Source of the DNA: Desulfobacterales bacterium
Lineage (GTDB): Bacteria > Desulfobacterota > Desulfobacteria > Desulfobacterales > JADGBH01
Direction of reading: 5' to 3'
Length of the DNA stretch: 64,000 nt
Assembly (NCBI GenBank): GCA_015231595.1
Contig: JADGBH010000001.1
Coordinates: 1,108-65,107 of the forward strand
The notes beneath the pieces are model-generated. The model saw only the letters and a list, made by a program, of their open reading frames with translations, was not told where the DNA came from and ran no database searches. Positions 21,449 to 29,002 of the stretch are shown in pieces. The number at the start of each line of letters is the position of its first letter. Within the stretch, counting starts at the first letter, position 1. The position numbers and the translations under genes were made by a program.

Positions 21449-22606
21449 TTAAACATGTATTTTATATTTTACTACTTTAGGACAATCTGGGTCAGGATAA
21501 AAAATACTTCCTTTAACAAATTGGGCTACTGCATGACACCCACCCTTACATACATAAAGATAGGCACAGCTTTTACAAGGTTCTTTAGCTAAATTTGTCC
21601 ATGATAAAAAATTTTTAAAATATTTTTTGCTACTATATCCAGAATTAAAATCAAATACAGATATATCAGTCTGGCTTAAAAAAGAACATCCGCTTACACT
21701 ACCGTTACTTCTTATTCCTAACAATACATTTCCAGCTTCACATCCATAAGTTGCCATTTTATCTATCATTTCATGGGGAGGATTATGATAACAAAACATA
21801 GGAACAAATGAACAGTCTATTTTAGCTGTAATATCATACTTAGCCGATAAACTTGATAAAAGCGGTGTAAGGATAATATTTTGTTTATACGTTGTTTTTT
21901 CCTTGTAATAAAGCTCACTGCATCGTCCTGAAGGTTTTAGTCTTAAAAATTCAATCTCATTAAGCTGCTTTTGAGCGGCATAACTAAATATTTTAGGAAT
22001 ATGCTCAAAATTATTTTTGCCAACAACACAGTTAATGCCTGTCGGAACACCGGCTTGAATCAGATAATCCAATGCTGTATCTGCAATTTTAAAGAAATTT
22101 CTTCCTCTAAAAACACCATAATACTCTTCTAAACCGTCCATTGAAATATTCACTTGACCAAAACAGCGCATTTTTTCAGCTATATTGGGTGTTACATGAA
22201 GGCCGGATATAGTCAAGTTCGGAACTATTCCAACTTTTCTTGCATAATCCGCAATTTCAAATAAATCTGGCCTTTCAAGGGCTTCTCCACCACCAAGAGC
22301 GGCATGAAAAACTTTCATATCCGAAAGAATTTTAAGCGCTTGCTTAATTGATTCTGTGCTAAGTTCTCCTTTTTCATTATCCCCAGCAGACATATAACAA
22401 TGGGGGCAAGATATTGAGCATTTATTAGTAATTGCAAAGTGAACTTCAGTAGGTGCTGATAAAATATTAACTGAAATGTCATCAGTTTGCCATAATAGCG
22501 ATTCAGGCAAGTCAAGAGAACGCATATAATCTCTATCAACATAAGCTAAAAATGCCGGAGATTCACTCGATATAATTCCACCAAAATTTTCGTAACGATA
22601 TTTCAT
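21449..22606 (-). CDS. Radical SAM/SPASM-domain enzyme with RRE-like N-terminal pre-domain
   Basis: 385 aa. CSISCPHC (CxxxCxxC). C-terminal GCEAGNVLLGIRSNGSVSGC ... CKSCAYLYVCKGGC ... CP (SPASM 7-Cys pattern). N-terminal YENFGGIISSESPAFLAYVDRDYMRSL precedes the rSAM core. ATGA overlap with the upstream gene. Confidence 0.85.
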   Translation of the reverse strand: MKYRYENFGGIISSESPAFLAYVDRDYMRSLDLPESLLWQTDDISVNILSAPTEVHFAITNKCSISCPHCYMSAGDNEKGELSTESIKQALKILSDMKVFHAALGGGEALERPDLFEIADYARKVGIVPNLTISGLHVTPNIAEKMRCFGQVNISMDGLEEYYGVFRGRNFFKIADTALDYLIQAGVPTGINCVVGKNNFEHIPKIFSYAAQKQLNEIEFLRLKPSGRCSELYYKEKTTYKQNIILTPLLSSLSAKYDITAKIDCSFVPMFCYHNPPHEMIDKMATYGCEAGNVLLGIRSNGSVSGCSFLSQTDISVFDFNSGYSSKKYFKNFLSWTNLAKEPCKSCAYLYVCKGGCHAVAQFVKGSIFYPDPDCPKVVKYKIHV

Positions 22607-23595
22607 AAATTTAAAGTAAAAGACAAACTTCCTCTATAATAATGCAGTACATTCGTTGAATAGGGTTCAAATTCGCATATTCCATCACAATAATAAATAT
22701 AAAAGTGAACTAACAACGCTGTAAATATTATCCAAGCGAATAAATAATTAGTAACAGATCTGAGTTCTTTGTTTTTAATCAAAGTTGTTCCGATAACAAA
22801 TAAATATATTCCTAAAATTCCAATTAACCCATATATAAATAAAATTGCTGCTATTTCAGAACCAGCGCTAAATGGTGTAGCATAAACGGTAATTATATTT
22901 TTAGGATTTTGTTCCATAGCTTTTTTTTCGATAAGCTCAATCTTATTTCCAAAATAATAAAATACTATAAAAAAAATAACTGTCCAAAATAAAATAAAAA
23001 ATAATCCTAAAACAATATGCTTACGTTTGATCCAACACCAAGGTTGTGCAAAATAAAACAAAATCAATGTAGTGAAGCTTAAAAAAAACAAAACAATCCA
23101 AGTAATTGATTTAATAATATAACGAACCCATTTTTTATGGGCATTTTCAATGTTTAATAAAATCGGCAAAAATAAATGACAAGCAGGTTTAAGTTTAAGA
23201 GCTTCATTAAAAGATTTATAAGCGGACTTGTATTCATCAATACGCATGTAGCCGATGCCTATGGTATAAAAAACTTCAAATAGCCTATAATATTCTGGAT
23301 AGTTTTTAAGCAAATCTTGTAATTGATTAATAATAGTTTCAGTTTCATATTTTGACAAATCTTTTCCAATTTCAGATCGAAACATATTTAAAGAGTTGTC
23401 TTGCTCCTGAAATTTTTTCTTTAGCGCTAAAATTCTTTCGATATTTTTTTTATCAAGTGTAGATTCATAATACTTAAGGGCTGCTTCATAGTCACCTATA
23501 GATTCTTCGTGAAATTTTGCGGATTCTAAAGTGTCAACCGCTGCAGCGTTTGAAAAAATAAAACAAACTGAGATAAATAATAAGAGCATTTTCAT
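22603..23595 (-). CDS. Signal peptide + TPR repeats + C-terminal polytopic membrane domain (hypothetical)
   Basis: Probable start MKMLLLFISVCFIFSNAAA at 23595; the ORF track's longest start is 23703. TPR-like helices (GDYEAALKYYES, EYKSAYKSFNEALKL). Followed by several hydrophobic helices. Confidence 0.6.
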   Translation of the reverse strand: MKMLLLFISVCFIFSNAAAVDTLESAKFHEESIGDYEAALKYYESTLDKKNIERILALKKKFQEQDNSLNMFRSEIGKDLSKYETETIINQLQDLLKNYPEYYRLFEVFYTIGIGYMRIDEYKSAYKSFNEALKLKPACHLFLPILLNIENAHKKWVRYIIKSITWIVLFFLSFTTLILFYFAQPWCWIKRKHIVLGLFFILFWTVIFFIVFYYFGNKIELIEKKAMEQNPKNIITVYATPFSAGSEIAAILFIYGLIGILGIYLFVIGTTLIKNKELRSVTNYLFAWIIFTALLVHFYIYYCDGICEFEPYSTNVLHYYRGSLSFTLNL

Positions 23596-23750
23596 AAGTG
23601 ACCAAGCCTTTTCAGAATAAAATAAAAAACATAGTATATTCTTAAAATACAATATATTTAAATGCGTATAGCTTCTATATCTAATAATTTTAGCCTTAGT
23701 CATTTTATGCTATTTTGATATATGCTATATTTAGAATATATAGATTCCTT

Positions 23751-23957
23751 TTATTTGTCTGAATCCTTTTTTTCATCTTCTTCTTGTTTAATAAAATAAG
23801 AAAAAATAATGCTCGAAATAACCCCAAAGCCCATAGCAGCACCAAACAGCGCAACTGGAAGTGCGAAAATAACGGATCCAACAGAACTTGAATTGGGGTT
23901 ATAACCATGTTTGACTTTAAGGATTTTACCCTTTGTCGGCTGAATATTTGATTCCAT
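23751..23957 (-). CDS. Small (68 aa) membrane peptide with conserved N-terminus KGKILKVKHGYNPNSSSVGS
   Basis: Start MESNIQ at 23957, inside the longer track ORF 23751..24047. One hydrophobic helix and an acidic tail (KQEEDEKKDSDK). A paralogue at 27876..28061 shares 19/20 residues despite 10 synonymous codon changes. Confidence 0.6.
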   Translation of the reverse strand: MESNIQPTKGKILKVKHGYNPNSSSVGSVIFALPVALFGAAMGFGVISSIIFSYFIKQEEDEKKDSDK

Positions 23958-24036
23958 TAACTCCAACCTAAAATTAAATAAAATAACAAATAGCAGGGGC
24001 ACGTAAGCACTTAATGACCGACCATGCATACATTTT

Positions 24037-24942
24037 TTATTGAGCATATTGAGCTAAAACATCAGTAAATTCATCAATGTCTTTGCATCGTATAGCATAC
24101 TTAAGAAGCTTTTTAAGTATATCCCTATAATTAATCGCTTTAATTTTTTCAGCTATGTCTTGTGAAATATTTCCATATTTTGCCTCAATAGCTTCCATAA
24201 CCATTTCTTGCGCTTCATTAAGCATTCCTTTCTCCATTCCTTTTTCCATTCCTTCCTCGAATATCTGTTTGCCTGCTTTGGTATCCATTAAATCAAAATT
24301 TAGCATAGCAACTACCTCCTCTCTTGATAAATTTTTAAAACGGTTCAATATAAAAAGCGCTATTAAATCTTGCGCTTGTTTTTTTAAATCAACCTCATAA
24401 TGTTTTTCAATTTCAGACTTCCACACACGACTTTTTTCAGCTAATTCTGACTGCTTCTTAACCGTAAATGGAGCTAAAACAACTAATCTTGGATCAATTA
24501 ATAGTAATTGTTCTTCTGCATAATCTGTTAAAACAATTTCTGTAATGCTAACAGAATTTTTAATTTCTAATACATCTATATCATTAGCAGCTATTTTATA
24601 TTTTTCATCAGTATAAATAATATAGGCTAAAGCATCTCCGCTATAATTTTCATTAGCACACCCAAGTAAAGCTTTAGAAACTAATTTATACCTTATAAAT
24701 GGGTCCATGTAACCTTGAAATTCAATATAAATAGGCTTATGACCTGGTAATAGTGGAATAGCTTCAATATCAGGCTCAAGTCTTTTTGTTTTTAAAACTA
24801 TTGAACGAAATTTGTATTGTTTAGCCTCATCATCTGATAATCCTAAAAGCTTTAGTAGAGCATCACCACTTATTTTTGTTAATTGTAAAAATAACTCATC
24901 TGTTCCACGTTTAGCCGATCTTGTTATTTTTTTAGATTTCAT
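24037..24942 (-). CDS. Rpn-family / DUF2887+DUF4351-type PD-(D/E)XK putative recombination nuclease (transposase-like)
   Basis: 301 aa. N-terminal TDELFLQL..YKFRSIVLKTKRLEPDIEAIP..PIYIEFQGYMDPFIRYKL pattern. C-terminal EEGMEKGMEKGM...YGNISQDIAEKIKAI..LKKLL pattern typical of this family (from memory). Confidence 0.6.
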   Translation of the reverse strand: MKSKKITRSAKRGTDELFLQLTKISGDALLKLLGLSDDEAKQYKFRSIVLKTKRLEPDIEAIPLLPGHKPIYIEFQGYMDPFIRYKLVSKALLGCANENYSGDALAYIIYTDEKYKIAANDIDVLEIKNSVSITEIVLTDYAEEQLLLIDPRLVVLAPFTVKKQSELAEKSRVWKSEIEKHYEVDLKKQAQDLIALFILNRFKNLSREEVVAMLNFDLMDTKAGKQIFEEGMEKGMEKGMLNEAQEMVMEAIEAKYGNISQDIAEKIKAINYRDILKKLLKYAIRCKDIDEFTDVLAQYAQ

Positions 24943-25059
24943 TCATTGCCTCATACGTCTATTTCCATGTGATGCTTTATTATAATTAAGAAAAAATAAT
25001 TTACAAACATAAATTTATGATTTAAGTTGCTTTGCAAAAATAAATTTTTGATAAATATT

Positions 25060-25088
25060 TGTTTGCCTGCTTTGGTATCCATTAAATC
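25060..25088. repeat. 29-bp exact direct copy of an internal segment of the Rpn-like gene (partner at 24266-24294)
   Basis: TGTTTGCCTGCTTTGGTATCCATTAAATC occurs at both positions. The second copy overlaps the stop codon of the 770-aa ORF, and similarity extends a few nt further (encodes DLMDTKAGKQIF in both). Confidence 0.9.
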
Positions 25089-27394
25089 CACCCTAAATTG
25101 AATAACATAACGAATGTCATTGTTAAATAAAAAATCACATGGAGCGCTTTAACCCCCGCCATATAATATGAACTTTTCACCATCTTGCTAAATGTAACCC
25201 CAAAGAATGCAAGTATGAAAACAAGAATTAAAGGTATAATAAATGCTAAATTATATATGATTAAATAATAAAAAGCAGTTAACCTGTGTCTTGGTTCGGC
25301 AACCATCGCCACGATAGGAATATAAACTTGACCTGTGCAAGTAAGCTCTAAGCCTGAAATAAATACTCCTAATAAGAAAGGAGCTATAGTCATGGCTGCT
25401 TTTTTGTTGGCAAATTGTCTAATTTTATCCTGAATTTTTAGTTTCAGCACATTTGGAAGCTGTAAAGTAACTTCCGCTGTTTTTCCTTGAAGACAACGAA
25501 TAAAATCAATAAACGAAATTGCTGATAGCAATGCAACCAAAGCGAGTAAAGCTGTATATATAGCCGTAATAATAAATTGATGCCTAAATAAATACTTGAG
25601 ATAATGATAAAAGAGCAACCCGATGCCCAAATAAGTCAAAAAAACTCCTAAAATAAACAAGCAGCCGATATAAATCATTTGTTTTGAGCCGATTCCAAAT
25701 AGATTTAAGTAAGAAATTAAAAAAATCAAAGTTGCAAAAGCGCAAGGATTAAGGCCGTCCAAAAGTCCTGCAGAAGTCACAATTCCAAAAGTAAGAGAAT
25801 TAAATGTGTTTTCACTTATTGTTTTTGTATCAAAAGATTGCTGAAACGGGATTATCATTTTATCCTGATAAACTTGAGGATTCTTGAGATAGCTTTCAAT
25901 TTCTCCTGCAAGTCCTTTTTCAATTTCTATTTGGCCTCCATATACAGAATTACCAATAAACACAGCAGGCAAATCCGATCCTTGCCTGCCGAATTCTTCG
26001 CCTGCATTTAAAAAAAGATTATAGCTTTCCTTTAGGCTTAAATCAAAATAGAGAACTCTTAATGTTACTTTGTATTTCTTTGCGAGTTGAGGCAGCTCTA
26101 TATTCAATAGCCTTCGGCAATAACTGCAATCATAGGAAAAAAGATGCAGTGGTATAATAGGATAATTTTCTGACTTATTAATAAAGATCTCTTTTTGAAT
26201 GCGTTTTGATATATTTAAACTTTTAGTAGAAGTATCATCACTGCTTGTTTTTGGAGTTAAAATAATTTCGTCCAAGACCGTTCCATCTATTCCTATACTG
26301 CGAATTTTCATAGCATCAGACTGGACATCAACTCGGCAAAAATGATAAGCATTAGCTTCCGCCTGAGCACTATAATTTGAATCAAGAGCAGCCCAAATTA
26401 ATTCTGCTCCAGCTCCTCCGCTAATAATATAAGTTACACCTTGATAATGGGAACGCTCATAAAGATGCCAGCTTGCAAACACTACATCCACTTTATATTT
26501 TTGAAAAATAGGCGATAGTATTCTTTTTAAAACCTCAGAAGATTTTCCCCTTGAAATATAAACAGGATCATGCATAAACACTATTCTAAACGGAGCTTTC
26601 TGAACTTCATCTTTTTGCAATTCAGCTTTAAGCCATTTTACTTGTTCACTTTGAGCATCAAAATCGGAACTATTTTGTCCTCCGCGAGTATCCCAAGTGT
26701 TTAATGCAAGAAATTGAACACCTCCCCATTCAAAACGATAAAATCCTTTTTTAAACATCGGAAAAAAATCAGCAAAAACACCTTTACCTTGGACATAATC
26801 ATTATCTCCAAAAACAGGATAAATAGAAGTTCTCCTAAGCAATTTTGATTCAATCTTAAAAAAATCCTCCCACAGCTTTTTATCAGCACCATTATCCACC
26901 ATATCCCCAAGCACTAATGCAAATGCAGGGTCGTGGTAAACCATTTGATCTATAATGTTTTTATGATAACGATCAGTGCCATTATCACCGGGCCTTGAAT
27001 CTCCATAAACAGTAAAAATAAAAGATTTTCCAGGTAGAGATGATGTTTTAATTTGGTAACTTGGATCTTTCAGAAACTCATAATTCTCGCCAATACGGAC
27101 TTCATAAGTATAAGTCATATTCGGAGAAAGACCTGTTATCTGGATAAAATGGGAAAGCTTAGACGAAGATGAAAAATCTTGTGTTCCGCTGGGAAAAAAA
27201 ACTTTTACAGTTGCTCGCAAAGGCTCTTTAAGATGAAATGAAACAGTAGCCGAATACGAAGTTGCTTGCAAAATATAAGGTTCTACGCGAAAAACTGACT
27301 TTATAGCTGCTAATGAAATATCGGCACTAAAGAAAAGAAGTTGCATGAAAAGCAAAAAATAAATCCAAGATCGTTTATGAATAAATGTCATCAT
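25082..27394 (-). CDS. Fusion protein: purple-acid-phosphatase-like metallophosphoesterase + thioredoxin-like CxxC module + CcdA/DsbD-type membrane domain
   Basis: 770 aa with a signal peptide. FN3-like PAP N-domain (HFIQITGLSPNMTYTYEV). Phosphoesterase motifs GDSRPGD, GDMVDNG, GDNDY, MHDP, WHLYERS. CSYC Trx-like segment. TM region with GLNPCAF and TCTGQVYIP motifs typical of CcdA/DsbD. Confidence 0.75.
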   Translation of the reverse strand: MMTFIHKRSWIYFLLFMQLLFFSADISLAAIKSVFRVEPYILQATSYSATVSFHLKEPLRATVKVFFPSGTQDFSSSSKLSHFIQITGLSPNMTYTYEVRIGENYEFLKDPSYQIKTSSLPGKSFIFTVYGDSRPGDNGTDRYHKNIIDQMVYHDPAFALVLGDMVDNGADKKLWEDFFKIESKLLRRTSIYPVFGDNDYVQGKGVFADFFPMFKKGFYRFEWGGVQFLALNTWDTRGGQNSSDFDAQSEQVKWLKAELQKDEVQKAPFRIVFMHDPVYISRGKSSEVLKRILSPIFQKYKVDVVFASWHLYERSHYQGVTYIISGGAGAELIWAALDSNYSAQAEANAYHFCRVDVQSDAMKIRSIGIDGTVLDEIILTPKTSSDDTSTKSLNISKRIQKEIFINKSENYPIIPLHLFSYDCSYCRRLLNIELPQLAKKYKVTLRVLYFDLSLKESYNLFLNAGEEFGRQGSDLPAVFIGNSVYGGQIEIEKGLAGEIESYLKNPQVYQDKMIIPFQQSFDTKTISENTFNSLTFGIVTSAGLLDGLNPCAFATLIFLISYLNLFGIGSKQMIYIGCLFILGVFLTYLGIGLLFYHYLKYLFRHQFIITAIYTALLALVALLSAISFIDFIRCLQGKTAEVTLQLPNVLKLKIQDKIRQFANKKAAMTIAPFLLGVFISGLELTCTGQVYIPIVAMVAEPRHRLTAFYYLIIYNLAFIIPLILVFILAFFGVTFSKMVKSSYYMAGVKALHVIFYLTMTFVMLFNLGWI

Positions 27395-27915
27395 CGCATT
27401 ATTCCTAATAGATGTTCTATTTTCCTTTTAATATGATGCAGAATAGTTTGATTATAACCATATTCTATAAGACTAACAGCTCTATTTTGATCAATGATAA
27501 TGATAGTAGGAAATCCCCTTAATCTGTATTTTTTATAAATTTTAGCGTTATTATCCAAAATAATCGGATAACTGATATTTAATTGCTGAACAATTCTTTT
27601 TACATCATCCATGTTTTCAGGGTCAGAACATACTCCAGCAAATAACACCTTTGAAGTTTTGTATTGAGCGATCAGTTGATTTAACTCAACTAAAGCAATT
27701 TTACATTGCTCACACCAAGTTGCCCAAAATATAAGAACAACTATCTTTCCTTTTTCTTGATTCAAAAAAAATCTATCATGGTGCAAAGTATTCAATTGAA
27801 AATTCGGAGATAAGCTTCCCTCTTTTATTGCTTCATTATCACTCATACATCCTTGAATAAGCAAAAAAAATAAGATTAACCAGATTTGAGTTGATTTTTT
27901 CGTTTTTGAATCCAT
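27391..27915 (-). CDS. TlpA/ResA-like thiol:disulfide oxidoreductase lipoprotein
   Basis: 174 aa. Lipobox LLIQGC and WATWCEQCK (CxxC) motif. ATGA overlap with the downstream fusion gene. Confidence 0.75.
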   Translation of the reverse strand: MDSKTKKSTQIWLILFFLLIQGCMSDNEAIKEGSLSPNFQLNTLHHDRFFLNQEKGKIVVLIFWATWCEQCKIALVELNQLIAQYKTSKVLFAGVCSDPENMDDVKRIVQQLNISYPIILDNNAKIYKKYRLRGFPTIIIIDQNRAVSLIEYGYNQTILHHIKRKIEHLLGIMR

Positions 27916-28061
27916 TCGTCAATAAAATTAATTAATTGAGTAATCATTATAGTCATAACCCCTGACCCTAAGCCAACTATTAAAAATGCAGGAATCTGAC
28001 TTCCTACAGAGCTGGAATTTGGATTATAACCAGATTTAACTTTTAATATTTTACCTTTCAT
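27876..28061 (-). CDS. Small (61 aa) membrane peptide, paralogue of 23751..23957 (MKGKILKVKSGYNPNSSSVGS...)
   Basis: The conserved 20-residue N-terminus is followed by one hydrophobic helix and a basic tail. Purifying-selection codon pattern relative to the paralogue. Overlaps the TlpA-like gene start by 40 nt in another frame. Confidence 0.6.
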   Translation of the reverse strand: MKGKILKVKSGYNPNSSSVGSQIPAFLIVGLGSGVMTIMITQLINFIDEWIQKRKNQLKSG

Positions 28062-28173
28062 TCCATCCTACCAAATGTATTGTAAAGAATGACATACCGT
28101 TTCTATTTTTTAGAAATAAAATATGAATTGCCTTTATTTTTAGCCTTAATCACCTGAACTGCGTATCAGTTAT

Positions 28174-28986
28174 TTATCTTAATTTAATGCCTGATAATCC
28201 CAAATTAAGATTTTCTTCTAAAATTTTTGCATTCATTGTTTCATAACTTCTATTTAACATATTACTAATCAATTCATCTGAAGATGGGCTGCGTTTTTTT
28301 ATTTTTGCTTGAATGACACGATAAAATACCAATGCTTCCATTCTTTTAACATCGCAGTCTGAAATTTTAGAATCACGCAGAGATTCAATTTCAAGAACTT
28401 CAAAAAGAACGGACAGAGCATAAGTTCTTGTCAAAACACTTTCAAGCTCCATGCGAGCTGTTAGATAGTTCTTAGTATCTTTGTTAAGTAATATTTTTAT
28501 TGCTTGTTCTGCTGATGCTTCAAGGTTTTTTTTATCTTTAAAAAAATCACTATCCCTGCGAGCAAAAGTAGGTCTAATTCCTTCAAAAAAAGCAGCTATC
28601 TTTTGAGAAGCATCGTGGGATTTCTCAACTTTTTTTAATTCATCTTGAATAGCCATTACAGATATATGTTGAAGCCCTTTAGCAATAATTTGCTGATTCA
28701 CTTTTGAGTTTTCATTTGCTTCGCAATTTTTTAATGCTTCACGAATTTCAGTATCGTAATTCATTCCATATTTAGACTCAATTTCTTTAACTATCGGAGC
28801 AGTTATCTCATATTGTTTAGTTATTTGGCTCCAATTGACTTCTTTTTGTTTACGTAGTTGTTCGATAGTAATTTGAGCCTTTGCATAAGCTTTAATTGAT
28901 TCTATCCCCATGTTAGAATCTCCATAAGCAATATTTATGGAAATTAAAATTAAAACTGATGTTAACCAATTAACCCATTTTTTCAT
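28174..28986 (-). CDS. Secreted helical protein (hypothetical)
   Basis: 270 aa. Signal peptide (WLTSVLILISINIAYG). Predicted all-helical, charged sequence with no motif recognised. Starts 17 nt downstream of the 676-aa gene. Confidence 0.55.
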   Translation of the reverse strand: MKKWVNWLTSVLILISINIAYGDSNMGIESIKAYAKAQITIEQLRKQKEVNWSQITKQYEITAPIVKEIESKYGMNYDTEIREALKNCEANENSKVNQQIIAKGLQHISVMAIQDELKKVEKSHDASQKIAAFFEGIRPTFARRDSDFFKDKKNLEASAEQAIKILLNKDTKNYLTARMELESVLTRTYALSVLFEVLEIESLRDSKISDCDVKRMEALVFYRVIQAKIKKRSPSSDELISNMLNRSYETMNAKILEENLNLGLSGIKLR

Positions 28987-29002
28987 AAAAATATCCTTAT
29001 TT

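Noticed and set aside
23705-23908. 67-aa ORF overlapping the small-peptide gene in another frame.
   Set aside because: The paralogue comparison (10 synonymous, 1 non-synonymous difference) supports the KGKILKVK frame, not this one.
24215-24250. Short tandem coding repeat (GMEKGMEKGM) inside the Rpn-like gene.
   Set aside because: It is a simple in-frame duplication of a 4-residue unit within a known variable linker of this family. It is not an independent feature.
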